A stretch of DNA of 64,000 bases from Eledone cirrhosa (Eukaryota), in contig OZ024764.1 in assembly GCA_964016885.1 (NCBI GenBank), forward strand, positions 20,894,001 through 20,958,000, written 5' to 3'. This document shows positions 11,607-24,725 of the stretch, one piece after another. Positions within the stretch are counted from its first letter, which is position 1, and each line of letters opens with the position of its first letter. Below the pieces are notes generated by a model. It was not told where the DNA came from and made no database searches. It was given only the letters and a program-made list of their open reading frames with translations. Both the position numbers and the translations under genes were made by a program.

Positions 11607-11999
11607 TCTATATACTACTAAAACTCTGTGATTGTGTCTTGTCCGTAATTTAATACAGCTAAAACAGTGCATAATGGGGAAATACTTTGAAAAGAATAAA
11701 ACAAGTTTTGTATAAAATGGAGCACAGGTTCCCAAGATACGGGGTTTTCTGGGTACCTTCATAAATATAGGGAGAGAAAGAGATAGTGGTTGTGAGAGTG
11801 AGGAGACAGATGGAAGAGAGAGAGAGAGAGAGCTGCTGGTGTTGTTTAATAAAATGTCTGCGTATATATATATATACATATGTGTCTATATATATATATG
11901 TCTGTATATTTTAACTATTTGAAAATTATTTTTAAGTGAACATGATTTTAAAATAATAGTTTTAAGGGAACGTGACCCAACAGGTCGCGGGTGGTCTAG
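11607..11999 (+). mobile_element. Non-autonomous Helitron
   Basis: 5' A|TCTATATACTACTAAAA. The 3' end has the hairpin CGTGACC-caaca-GGTCGCG followed by CTAG|T. Confidence 0.75.
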
Positions 12000-12321
12000 T
12001 TTGTTACTAAATACTAGATATTAGAGGGTCATGTTGTTCTAGATGTGCTGGAAGAGCCATTCCATCTCGTGAGGCTCACACCAGCAGCTAGCCACCTCAG
12101 CACCTATGGTGGTATATTTATTATATTATTTATTCTTTATCATTAACATTAATATAAAAGATATTTTTAGGGGAGAAGTTAGGGAATACGGTTTTTGTGT
12201 GAAAGTTTTCTAAATCTTCTTCAGCCACTATCATGGAGAAGATATTTCAGTAAGAAGGTTCACATCCTGACATCTATAGCTGTTAACAAGGAGTTTGGAA
12301 TTCATTATAAAACAAATGTTA

Positions 12322-13035
12322 TATCATCATCACTGTTTAACATCAGTTTTTTCACACTGGCATGGGTTAGACGAGTTATCTTGTCGTAAGCAAGGCCAGG
12401 TCAGGTGATCACGTGTTGCTTCTACAGAACAAATTTTGGATTGGTTTCTACAGCTGGATGCATCAACCTTATTTACATTAAGTACTGGGTGCATTTTACC
12501 ATCTCACCATCACGACCACTTTACAGTGTGGACTGGGTACTTTTTTGTTGTGATACATACGTGACCACTTTACAGTGTGGGCTGGGTGCTTTTTGTTGTG
12601 ACACCTACATGACCACTTTACAGTTTGGACTGGGTACTTTTTGTTGTGACACCAACATGACCATTTTAAAGTTTTGGCTGGGTACTTTTTGTTGTCACCT
12701 ACATAACCACTTTACAGTTTGGGCTGGGTGCTTTTTGCCGTGACACCTACGCAACCGCTTTACAGTGTGGGCTGGTTTCTTTTTGTCATATCACCTACAT
12801 GACCACCTTATAATGTTGACTGTGTTCTTTGCAGTGTGGGCTGGTTTCTTTTTGTCATATCACCTACATGACCACCTTATAATGTTTACTGTGTGTTATT
12901 TGCAGTGTGGGCTGGTTTCCTTTTGTCATATCACCTACATGACCACCTTCTAATGTTGACTGTGTGTTCTTTACAGTGTGGGTTGGGTGCTTTTTGTCAT
13001 ATCTCCTACCCAACCACTTTGCAGTGTGGGCAGTG
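12322..13035 (-). repeat. Old RTE-tailed SINE copy with an internally amplified ~47-bp tandem repeat
   Basis: The atcatcatcactgtttaac...ggcatgggttagacg segment resembles 9821-9880. It is followed by repeats of accactttacagtgtgggctgggtgctttttgttgtgacacctacatg. Confidence 0.7.
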
Positions 13036-13065
13036 AAATATCAGTAATGCACCAGCTCCAATATT

Positions 13066-13580
13066 CAGTAATCAGAAGAAGGGAGGTAGGCATAAAAGCC
13101 AAACTTGCTGTCTTCAATTAGGTTTTTGTGCCAACCCTTACCTATGGTCACATATCTTGGGTAATGACCAAAATAATATGATTGGGAATACAAATGGCAG
13201 ATATGGGATTCCTCTGAAGGGTCTTTGAAGGAACTTTTCTCAATAATGTGCATAGCTCTGAGATCAGAGAGTCACTGCAGTTGGAGCTGTTACTTCTCCG
13301 AATTGAGAGATCACAGCTGCAATACTATGGCCATGTGGTTAGAATGTCTGAGGAAAGAATCACTGGATAGATTTTACAGGCAAAACTAACCGGCAGGAGA
13401 CCCAGGGGTAGACCTGAGCAAGATGGTCACATAACATCCATGAGCTTGGCTGGTCTCTCTGGGAGATCCAGCCAGATCAGTTGGAGTGGGTTGCTTCTGA
13501 CAGGACCTGTTGAAGGGAGTGTTTGAGGACTCTGCCCCCAAGACCCTTTATGGAATAAGTGGGTTAATAAGAAGAGGTTG
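13066..13580 (+). mobile_element. RTE-type LINE 3' fragment
   Basis: Translates to VFVPTLTYG..SWVMTK and IERSQLQYYGHVVRMSEER...GRRPRGRP. A copy lies at about 46277-46790. Confidence 0.75.
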
Positions 13581-13999
13581 AGGTTACATAATCAACATCA
13601 GATTTCCCTGCTAGCAAGGGTTTAATGAGTCTACTTCAACCAAGTAAGTACTGAAGTGAGGCTACTGATCTCCCAGACAGACCAAGGATCTGAGACTTAT
13701 TTACATAAGGTCTCATTTGCTACTGAGTGCACAGAAAAGGTTGTCATGTCTTTGTCATGATTGAAGGGTTCTCCGACACTATTGTTGGGCAAGCTTTCTA
13801 TGGCTAGATGTCCTTCACATGACCAACCACATTACAGCCTGTGTTGGGTGTGTTTATCATGTAGGTGAGACATAATAAACTGAGGGTTCCCCAAGGGCAA
13901 AATAGGTCACATGTGTTGTCTGAGGGTTGCACACTACAACTAATTATGTACATTACAACTAATTAAGGTCATTTAATAAAATATATTGCAGAAAGATTT

Positions 14000-16236
14000 G
14001 TTACTTAAATTTAGAAACATACAATGTACATACAAATGTTTTAGCAGCATTCATGAATACAAAGTAATGAAGTAGTTTGACAATAAACTAAAATTTAACA
14101 TGTCAACATATACTTGCAGATTGTAACAGCAACAAATACATTGTACACAAATAACAACAGTTGAAAACTGAACATTTATTTGCTACTATTCAACCATTTT
14201 TAGTCTTTTGTCCTGAGGCTTGACACTTCTTTCTGTTGACAATGTTTGGTATGTCTGGCTGAAATGTTTGTACAGTTCCAACTTTGATCAGATGACAAGT
14301 GTTGATCAGTCAGCCTTGTTCTCTGAGAAGTTTTTGTTAATTTCATGAAGGAAAATAACTGTCCACTCACATAGGTAGAACCAAACGTTGCCATAATCTT
14401 TGTGACAAACTTTCTGATGTTAATAAACTTTTCAGGAAGGTATGAAAAGAAACCAGGTATCCCCACTACAAGATACTTTGTTCTGAGTGTAGAATCTGAC
14501 TGCATTTCCAATAGTTCCATCTGCAGGCATTCTTCTGCCTTCATCAAAGGTGAATGGTGCTGAGAATAATGTAAACTGATGTTCAAAAAATGAGAAATCA
14601 CAAAATCTTTCCTGAAATTTCTTTAACAACAATTCCAGGTGACTGTCATACTGAGCTAAGCTAAATACAGACTCAGTATTGGCAGTGTTTTTCAGTTCTT
14701 TGCACATAGGGAAATGAACTAAATTTTCAGCTGACAAAGGAGATTTCCATAAGCTTAGTTTTCTAATGAAGCACTTGATGTCATCATTCAACTGATTGAT
14801 GGGTTTGTTTTTACCTTGTAATTTCAAATTAAGATCAGTTAATTGTGCAGTAATATCCACAGCAAAAATCAGGTGTTGGAGCCAACTTTCATATTTTATT
14901 TCACCTGTGTTTTAACCTTTCATCTCCAAAAACATAATTATTTTTTTTCTCAACAAATAGCATCTTTTCAGCACTTTGTGACATGTCAACCAGCAGACTT
15001 CTGTGTAGAATGGAACATCGGTGAACTGATTATCCATATCTTCCAACAACTGGCTGAACTGACGGTGGTTGAGAGCACGGCCTCTGATTTAGTTCACTGT
15101 CTTTGTGACCAACCTAAGCACATGATGCAATTTTAAAATCTTTGAACATAAATTTTGCTGATGAATAATACAGTGAAAATGTGAAAATGATGAATCTAGA
15201 TATGAGTTTTCTATTTTTGTTTGTAACTTGGCAGCAACACCATTATGTCTACCAACCATATTTGCAGCACTGTCAGTAGATAAACATGCAAGTTTACTCA
15301 GATCAAAACCATGCAGACCCTGCTTGACCTTCTCAAAGATGTCCTGGATTGTTATAGTGTCATGCATGGGAACCAGTTCAATCAGTTCTTCATAAATATT
15401 AAATTCACTGTCACAGGCCCTGGTGAAGAATGCAAGCTGTACTGTTCCAGTGATGTCAACTGTCTCTTCAATAGCAATAGAAACATGTTCAAACCTTGAT
15501 GATACAGCCTTTAACTTGTTTCAGATCACCTGACTTTTCATTAATCTGTTGAGCAACAGTGTTCCTGGTTAATGAAATGTCTTTGAATAACTCTGCTTTC
15601 TCTGGACAATTTCAGCTGTTTTTACAAGACATTACTTTACAAAATCTCCTTCACTGTAAGATTTCCCACTCATGGCAATCATTCGACTGAGTTCATAGCT
15701 TGCAGTAACGGAAGTGACATTCTCTTCCTGAGTTAACATAAAAAAAGGTCTGTTGCTGTGTCAAGTTAACCTTCAATTCCTTGAGTCTTGAAACACACAT
15801 TGGGCCTTCATATTTATTGTAAGATCAAGGGTTTGTTTCATAATGTCTTTTTAAATTGTACTCTTTTGTCGTGGCGATGTAGTTGTTGCAAATTAAACAG
15901 TGTATCTTTCTGTTCACCGTTGGGCAAAAATACTGTAATTCCCACTTTTCTTGAAACACTTGCCCTTCTTCGTTCACTTTCCTTTTTCTCTTAGCTGGAG
16001 GAGCACAAACCATTTCAAAAACAAAATCTTTTGAAATTTTTAAAGAAAGTTTTCTGTTAATGAGCTGCACGTGATTAATGGAAGTTAAAAGTAGTTGACA
16101 AAATTTGCACAAAAAAAATAATTGTATCGAAAATTTTTTAAATTTTATATTACGAAAATGAAACATGGTTGCACTGTAAAAACCTTTGTGTGGGCCGCAG
16201 CATTGCTTGCAAAGGGCTGCATGTTTGACATGTCTG
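14000..16236 (-). mobile_element. hAT (SPIN/Charlie, GTF2IRD2-like) transposon relic
   Basis: Transposase fragments VFQEKWELQYF..CLICN..KEYNLKRHYET, STDSAANMVG, HCIIHQ and FGSTY...QLFSFMK. The 5' TIR-like sequence CAGACATGTCAAACATGC starts at 16236. The 3' end is uncertain. Confidence 0.85.
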
Positions 16237-16329
16237 ATGTAGGTTACCAACACTAGGGAGGGCAGAATGTCCTTAAGTGTGTTCTGCTACATTAACTACC
16301 AGGAGGTCACCACATGAGACAAAGACTAC

Positions 16330-16800
16330 ATTTCAAAGAGGGGTCATAAAAGAACTAAATACGAAAGTCCTCACAGCAACAAGCAAATAATTGAGCTTTG
16401 GGTCTAGGTTAAGGGGCAGAAGTGCTGCGCCCTGTGGATAAGACTGCAAAAGTATTCGCCCCGGGTGATGGACAGTGACACCAACTGCAACAGCCACCCC
16501 AACCTCATGGGACTCCCTCTTCAGAAGGGCCACCAACGTTCTGATCTTACAGAGGAGTTTGGCAGTACGGGGTCCAAGTACTTCTGAGGTCTCGATGGTG
16601 ACCAGTGTGAAGAGAGCTACAATTGATGTCATCCCAGTTATGTTGGACTGTAATATACTGGGGTATAGAGAGGCCTTAACCTGTCTCAGCCGGGCCACCC
16701 AGGGTTGTGTCATCTAAGTACCAGACAGGGGTAACTAGACCATGTTGTCAACTGTCAGCACCAATAGGAGTGAGGCGAGTGGGTCCCCTTGCTAGACACC
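16330..16800 (-). mobile_element. Heavily deleted CRE-like retroelement relic
   Basis: GV*QGDPLASLL joined to FTLVTIETSEVLGPRTAKLL, homologous to FQPVAFETFGGVGPLTARFL. A copy lies at 49210-49678. Confidence 0.6.
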
Positions 16801-17050
16801 ATATATAAAAACGTATTTGCTAATTACTTTAATGAATAATTTGTTTCATACGTAATTATTACTTTTAACACAATAGGATTTTGTACACGTGTTTGTTTGA
16901 AAACATCTTTCAAAGAAGTATGAGACAGTCTTTTGTAGGGTTTATTATAATAAATTACTGTATGTTGAGCTGTTTTAACTTCTCCACCTTTTATTATTTC
17001 ATATTGTTTTTGTAAAAAAACGATAACTTTTTCATATATATATATATGAA

Positions 17051-17260
17051 GGCGTGTGGCTGAGTGGTTAGAGAATTGGATTCGGAATTGTGAGGTTGTG
17101 AGTTCGATACCCAGACCGGGCGATGCGTTATGACCTTGAGCAAGACATTTTATTTCATGTTGCTCCTTCTACCTGGAGTTGCGACCGATAGATAGTATTA
17201 GCAATTGGAAAGACCAATGGAAACATTGTTTCCTCGGTCCGATTTGACGAAAAGTCGATC
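17051..17260 (+). mobile_element. tRNA-derived CORE-type SINE
   Basis: Pol III A box TGGCTGAGTGG (17057) and B box GAGTTCGATAC (17100), then the CORE-like gaccttgagcaagaca. Confidence 0.8.
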
Positions 17261-17658
17261 ATGAAAAATATATAGAGAGAGAGAGAGAAACACACAAACA
17301 TACACTACTGTATTACATATGTAAGGGGAGACAACTCTCGTTACATCCACCCTTCTTTTTGATATACGTCCTTTAAATACTTTGTTCAATGGAACCTGCT
17401 TTATTTTGTGTCCTAAGTAGATTTCTGTTTAAGTATTTACGTGATTCACAATGATTCACGTAGACCCCAGTTAGTGATGTTTTCGTCTCCCTCCCACATC
17501 CTACATGCTGTAGTAAAAGTGAGGGTCACTGCTTCTGTAGACGAACGAAATAAAAGTTAAACTACCAGTAATTATCGGCAAAGTATTTATTCCAGTCTGT
17601 GATGTTTGAGAAGCTGGGCTGCTGACAACGAAGTTGTGGTCACTGTTGGCGGCTGGCT

Positions 17659-17846
17659 TTACCGAAGTACCCGATGACGCTTGTGAGGGTACTTAGCTGT
17701 TCTGGCAACTTAGCCCCCATATGACCCGATCTTACCGAGATACCCGGCGATCTCTGTCAGGGTACTTAGCTGTTCTAGCAACTTAGCCCCCATATGACCC
17801 GATCTTACCGAGATACCCGGTGATCTCTGTAAGAGTACTTAGCTGT
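17659..17846. repeat. 73-bp tandem repeat (about 2.5 copies)
   Basis: ttaccga..tacccg.tga.....gt.agggtacttagctgttct repeated with a period of 73. It also occurs at about 35986-36168. Confidence 0.8.
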
Positions 17847-17929
17847 CCTATTTTAATTACATTTACTGATTTCAACGTTATTTTTTTTTATTACAAACTT
17901 TACATAATTTAATTCGGTAAAAATATTTT

Positions 17930-18074
17930 TTACGTCACAAAAAAACTTGACCTTTGACATTGAAGCATGCGCAGTGGTGCAGTTGTCGACTTCCTGTCCA
18001 CGTGTTAGTCTTCCTACAACATCATTTAGACAACATTTCTGTAAATACTAAACACCTGAGACTATAATGTAAGT
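17930..18074 (+). promoter_or_regulatory. Putative promoter and exon 1 of ZNF gene 2
   Basis: Same motif cluster as unit 1, with the donor GTAAGT at 18069. Confidence 0.65.
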
Positions 18075-19289
18075 ATTATGTCTATTAATATTGTAGATTT
18101 AAGCTCACTTTTCACATCACAAATATATATTTTCTTGTTTGTTTCATTACTGGAAATATAAAATGTTATCGTAATTATCTATATTTTACCTACCTCTAAT
18201 TAATTAAAGTGAAAACTTTTGTTGTAGCTGAAAAATAAATTAACAAAACTAAATATTTAAATATTCTAAAGGTCGTTTTTATATTATGTGATGATATAAT
18301 TAATATATTTTATTACAATTGTATAAATTTACAGTAGAATAACGTTGTAAATATGTTTTAAATATATACATAAATAACATAAGTGTGTAAATAACATTAT
18401 AAATTGCTGGCAATTCCTTGAGAAAGACATTACAAATATATTGTTTAAACTGAGTATATTAATATAATTTATTGAACAATAATGATAAAGGAAAGAAAAA
18501 CACAGTGGGAGATGGCAATTGACCACCAAACGAGGTAAACATTTTCAACTTTCCCCTTTTTTTGCTTTGTCCGAGACAACTCAAAATATTCTTCAAGGAA
18601 CTGGATTTTCCATTCGGTTGGATCGAACGGATTTTACCATTTATAATCTACGGAGAGGAATAACAGATGTTCGGAGGAAAAAAGAATTGTTTGTGGCAAC
18701 AACGTAGGGAACCAACCTGGAGCAATTGTATCACACAATTATACTTTCCTCCTTAACATACACTTACAATTTTTCAAGATCAAACCCCTCAAATATAAAA
18801 TATAAATAATTATAAATGGCGAGGAACCATCCCATCTCCCTCTTGAAATAACCTGAATCTATTTATAGTCAGGTGTGACTGAAAGGTCAATCCATACTTC
18901 CATTCTATTTCACAGAATTAGAAGCTTTGACCACTTGATAGAATTCAGGTCCAGTAATGTAATCACTCCGTAATTGTAAACATCTTGTATCACTATCATT
19001 CAGGTTTTGATTTTACTTAAGTCTTGCCCATGTTTTTTTTTTTTTTTCTTTTTTACACAAACTCACAATTTCGGTTTTTACTGCGGATTTACCCATGCGA
19101 ACTATTACACAAACTCACAGCCTTAGATTTTGTATTTCTAGCGTTTTTATTTTCCTTCTCTTTGCATGTTCAGTGCTCTTTCTCTCCCACTGTATTTACC
19201 TGCCTCTCACATGACCACACTCCTCTCTACGCACTCATCATCTTCTCAATCCTTCTACACCTTCCATCCCTCTCCCTTGCTCAACCCTT

Positions 19290-22200
19290 ACTTCCTCCTC
19301 GCGCACAGCCCACCTAGGTATTCGTTCAACCCGCCGGTGGCCCGATGTTTCGAAACGAACTATTACCGGCGATTGCCGATTGCTAAAGTTGCCACTCTAG
19401 GTGGCGGTGGCATGCGTCGAACAACCAAGAGGCCTGCTTGGTGGAACGACTATGTAACAACAGGTCAGCCTTCGACCTCTCATTCTCCACCAACTGCAGC
19501 ACGCACCAGAGGAGCTAACTTGCCCCACTTACCCCTCCTCTCCTTCACGGCAGATTCCGAACGAATCCAACCCGGCCAACCACACCACCCCTACAACTGT
19601 TAGCTCACTACCCAACCCCCGATTTAGTCTCACCGTTAGAACCACTGCTGTCTCCTTTACTGACTCACTCCCTTCACCGAATTCCAACGCTGGCCCTCTA
19701 CTGCCGGCTGTTGCCAGCCCGCCACCTGATTGCGCCCTCTATGCCCGCACTAACCAGTACTTAAAGACAATTAAATGTCACCTATGCCACGCAAGCTACC
19801 ACAGAAGCTGTGTCGGCATCACCAAAGCTCAAGCCGAAAGGCTCCAACACTGGACCTGTCATCGGTGCCACTTCAGCTCTGACTATTCCGTGGGGATGAC
19901 CAACACTCTACCGACGACTTTGCCACAGCCCCCCCAGGGCTTCTCCAAATCAAAGCTCGTTAACCGGACCCTTAAGGGAGCTCGGAACAGCTTTGCAGGT
20001 GCCCTCTCTAATTTACTGAAAAACGTTTGCTCGTCCAACAATAGACTGGCAGAAATTGCTTTTGTTTCCCCTCATCTCTCTTCACGTGCACAATGCGAAC
20101 TCGGGTTCCCTCAAGTCCTCTCTCAAGCGGCAGTTCCAGCTGTTTGAGTCCACCCCAACCACGTCTCATCTCAGTTCGTCTCCGAGCTCGGTGTCCACCA
20201 ACAGACAACCGGTAGACCTCAAGCGAGCCGTCCATGACAATTCAGCGAATTTGACATTAAAGGGGCTGTCCTCCCTTGCTCCATGCAACTCTGACTCTCG
20301 TGAGCGTCTGAAAGAGAAGCACCCCCAGATGATCAGCAACACTGGCCCGAACCACCAGAATACTTGAGACCGGTTTACACCACCAATATCATCAGAAAGG
20401 CAATTTCATCCTTCCCCGCTGGGTCAGGCGCGGGAATTGACGTCCTTCGTCCTCAACACCTCAAGGATGGTATCTCCTTATCGGCCGGTGATGCCGGACT
20501 CGAGCTCTTGGAGAGTCTGACTCAGTTTGTGAATCAGTGAACGTTCTCCCGTTCATCCGCCCACTGTTCTTCGGTGCGAAGCTATTTGGTCTCACCAAGC
20601 CCAACGGGGAGCTGCGCCGCATTGCGGTTGGCTGCACACCTCGCCGCCTCACTGCAAAGGCTTGATTGCTGTTGGTCTCCAACTCAGTGGCGGAGGAATT
20701 TTCCCCCATCCAGCTGTGGGTGGGTACCAGGTTGGGATGTGTGGCTGCTGTCCTCGCTGCCAGAGCATTTGCCAACTTGCCCTCCTCATCCCCCAAGATC
20801 ATCCTCAAACTTGACCTCAGGAATGCCTTCAACTCCGTCAGCCGTAACATCGTCCTCGGCTCAGTAAGAGAGAGGGTCCCACAACTCTACCACTTTGCTT
20901 GGCAGGCTTATCGGGAGCCCTCCTACCTCTCTTTCAGTGACCAGATCATCACCTCTGCCTCAGGAGTCCAACAGGGTGACCCACTCGGGACCGCCCCCCC
21001 GCACTGGACATTGATGACGTCACCAAGATGGGGGCTGAGTTGGACCTCAATGTCTGGTAGCTTGACGACGCCTGTTTGGGGGGAACTCCGGATATGGTTC
21101 TCGCCACTGCCAACAGGATGGTGGAGGAGCTTGGCGCCGGGGACTCCAGATCAATAGCTCCAAATGTGAGCTCTGGATCCTCAACCACCCGGCTTCTTAA
21201 CACCAACAGCTGATCGACCTGTTCGCAGAGTCCTTCCCTTCCATCACGGTCCCTCCCCCGTCGGCTTGGTGCTCCTTAGGAGCCCCAATCACAGACCTGG
21301 CCTTCGAGTCCACCATCCAATCGAAGATGGTTGGCCTTGAGCAGCTGCTGAGGAATATTGAAGATATCGAACCCCATCAAGGTTTCTTCTTACTCAGGAA
21401 CTACCTGTCTATTCCTAAGCTTCTGTATCTGCTCAGGGTCAGCCCCTCTCACAGATTTCCATCCTGCCTCCAACGCTTCGACGACCTAATCTTCGAGAGA
21501 CTCGAGTGTCTGGTCAATGTTAGTAAGTGTTCGTCCCTCTCTCTCCCCTGCTTCCTTTCCTCCACCCAAGCTTGCAGCATCGTCTCCTCTCCAACATGGA
21601 CTAGTTCCAACAGGGAGTCGTGTGAAGCTCTCCAGCAATGGAGTGAGTTGGGCATGTCTCTTCCTGAGAAGGTGGAGGACAGTCGAAGTCAGAGAACTTG
21701 GGACAGGATACGTTGGAATGCCACCTTCGACTCCCTCTTTGTCCTCTCAGATCAGTTTGCAAGGTGCCGCTTACCATCTGCCAGCGCCAAATACTCCGGT
21801 GACTGGGTCGATGCCTTACCCGTGGCCAACGTTGGAGGCCTACTCAGCCTGGATGAACTTCGTGTCTCCATCACCCTCAGAGTGGGAGCTGACGTCTGCA
21901 TGGGTTTGAGATGTGGCTAACTCCTCGACTCCACAGGCCCCCACGGTCTTTCTTGCCGCCTGAATGCCGGCCACTTCGCCCGTCACACGGAGCTAAACTT
22001 TATTCTGAAGAGAGCTTTGGCCCGGGCAAACATCCCCTCAGTCTTGGAACCATCTGGGTTGTCCAGAAGTGACGGCAAAAGACCTGACGGCCTTACCCTG
22101 TGCCCCTGGTCGAGAGGCAGGTGCTTAATCTGGGACGTCACTGTTAGTGACTCCTTTGCTCTTTCCCACATCCTTGATGCTGCGGTAAGGACGAGAGCCA

Positions 22201-22776
22201 CAGCTTCGGCAGCCGAGCGGAGTAAGACCCTCAAATACTCTGATCTGTCGGCCAGCTACATTTTTCAGCCTGTGGCTTTCGAGACGTTTGGGGGAGTCGG
22301 GCCGCTGACTGCGAGGTTCCTTTCCTCACTGGCGGCTCGCCTTATAGAAGTAACTGGCGAAATCGCGAGGGCGCTTGGCTGTTCCAGCACCTCAGCCTCG
22401 CCATCACCCGAGGTAACACTGCCAGTGTGCTGGCTTGCCTCAAAACTCATTAGAGAGGTTTCCCAGTACCCCTCGTTGCTGTCTTTTGCTCTGGTGTTGG
22501 CTCCGTTGTCCACCCCTTCCTTTACATTTTCTTTAATATTGCAACATTGAAGGAATTTATCTTTCATTGTATCATCCTTTATAGTGTTACCGAGGCATTT
22601 GTAATGTTATTTATATATTTAAAACATATTTGTTATGTTATTCTACTGTAAATTTATTTATATGCTCTGTTTATATTTTCATTCTGAAGTAAATTATCCA
22701 CTTGTGTTGATATGTGATGCTATGACTTTCCTCTAAGCATTGTGTCATTATATATGTTATTATAAACGTGAATAAA
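19290..22776 (+). mobile_element. Decayed CRE-like non-LTR retrotransposon (most complete copy)
   Basis: RRIAVG, KLDLRNAFNSVSR, GVQQGDPLG, W*LDD (the YLDD tyrosine mutated to a stop), a CCHC-like knuckle and the endonuclease RPDG..WDVTV. Frameshifts are present throughout. Confidence 0.85.
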
Positions 22777-22975
22777 TTGAATTTATAGTGTGATAATAGG
22801 CCACACCTCACACCCTAGGGGCTAACTACACACTTTGAGGCAAGCCAACACACTGGCAGCATTACAACGGGTGATGGTGAGGCTAAGGTGCTGAAATAAC
22901 CAGGTACCCTCACGGGTATCACCTGACGCCTCTATAAGGTGAGGCTACGGTGCTGAAATAACCAGGTACCCTCAC

Positions 22976-23335
22976 GGAAACGACTAGATTTGTAGAAAAA
23001 GTAGGGTGAAAGTATACAAAGAGATGTAGTTTCACAGATCTACTCACAGCTCACGTTGGGTGAGAATAATTATTTTTCTTAGAATTCTTGCTATACCCCT
23101 TTTCCAGTATTTTTTCTCTGGACCCCTTAGATACTTGCGATAGACGTTTTATTCCCCAGTATTAGGGTTAGAGTTTCCGTTTTCAGGAAGAAAAGTCGAT
23201 TGCAAACATCTAAGAGGTCGAGAAATAAAATTAAGGAAAGATAATTATTTCCCAGCCAACTGGAGAAGTGTGTAGCTCTTCTTAACTCTGATAATCCTGT
23301 CTCCCATTTCTTTATCTACAAATCTAGTCGTTTCC
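22976..23335. mobile_element. Foldback/MITE-like element (copy 2)
   Basis: GGAAACGACTAGATTTGTAGA at the left end and TCTACAAATCTAGTCGTTTCC at the right end form a perfect 21-bp TIR. Confidence 0.75.
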
Positions 23336-23828
23336 TGCTACTTTGTTCCCTGGGGTATGCCTTAGTATTTGACACCATCTATCTGTCTTACTCCCTAACT
23401 AGCAAGAAGTCAATCTGTCTCATGTGCTCACCTGATTGGTAGGTTATTAGGTGGTTGGTAGGTTTATTATAACTAGGTCTCTGTCATTGTGGTTATCTCT
23501 ACTTATTCCTTTTCTACATATGGAGCAGAGCCACTTTCCTGTAGGGGTCAGGGTCTTCTCTCCTATCCATTACCATTTTAGTTTTGGCTAAGTATATTCT
23601 CAGAACTTACCATTTCAAATTCTATATCTATAGTTGGTCATCTACATAGAGAAGTTTCCATAGACAGCCAGTCTTAAACCTCTCTGTTATGGCTTGGAGA
23701 ACTATGATGAACAACAGTGGGCTAAGAACTAAACCATGATGAACTCCTACCTGTACCTTCAATTCCTCACTAATCACACTTTACTGACAGCTTCTCAAAA
23801 GCCATTCTTCTACACCTAATTTCTTTAA

Positions 23829-24036
23829 CCCTTTAGTATATAAAATGGCCATATCTGGCCAGATTTCTCCCACATCTTTCTGTTCAAACTGGCAGTAACT
23901 GGTCACTTATACTTATGTTAAGGTATTGTTCTCAAAATAAATAACATGAAAATCTCATAGATTTGATATTATGAGAGATAAAGCATTTACTGTGAAAATA
24001 TAATAGTAAATATAGAGTAATGTGAATACTAAAGTG
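23829..24036. mobile_element. piggyBac-like MITE (copy 2)
   Basis: TTAA|CCCTTTAGTAT...ATACTAAAGTG|TTAA. Confidence 0.7.
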
Positions 24037-24038
24037 TT

Positions 24039-24725
24039 AATCTAATGTCACTAATAACTACTTTTATCTGTCAGTATAATCTAATGTCACTAATAACTAC
24101 TTTTATCAGTCAGTATAATCTAATGTCACTAATAACTACTTTTATCACTCAGTATAATCTAATGTCACTAATAACTACTTTTATCAGTCAGTTTAATCTA
24201 ATATCACTAATAACTACTTTTATCAGTCAGTTTAATCTAATGTCACTAATAACTACTTTTATCAGTCAGTTTAATCTAATGTCACTAATAACTACTTTTA
24301 TCAGTCAGTTTAATCTAATGTCACTAATAACTACTTTTATCAGTCAGTTTAATCTAATGTCACTAATAACTACTTTTATCAGTCAGTATAATCTAATGTC
24401 ACTAATAACTACTTTTATCAGTCAGTATAATCTAATGTCACTAATAACTACTTTTATCAGTCAGTTTAATCTAATGTCACTAATAACTACTTTTATCAGT
24501 CAGTTTAATCTAATGTCACTAATAACTACTTTTATCAGTCAGTATAATCTAATGTCACTAATAACTACTTTTATCAGTCACTTTAATCTAATGTCACTAA
24601 TAACTACTTTTATCAGTTAGTATAATCTAACGTCACTAATAACTACTTTTATCAGTCAGTATAATCTAATGTCACTAATAACTACTTTTATCAGTCAGTT
24701 TAATCTACTGCCACTAATAACTAAC
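24039..24725 (+). repeat. 39-bp minisatellite, about 17 copies
   Basis: Same unit as 6588-8210. One copy carries an in-frame TAG at 24618. Confidence 0.96.

Noticed and set aside
14200-16253. Host GTF2IRD2-like gene
   Set aside because: It has multiple frameshifts that differ between the two copies, plus a TIR-like end, so it is a dead hAT transposon.
17051-17125. tRNA gene
   Set aside because: A and B boxes are present, but no complete cloverleaf is evident and the sequence continues into a CORE-like SINE body.
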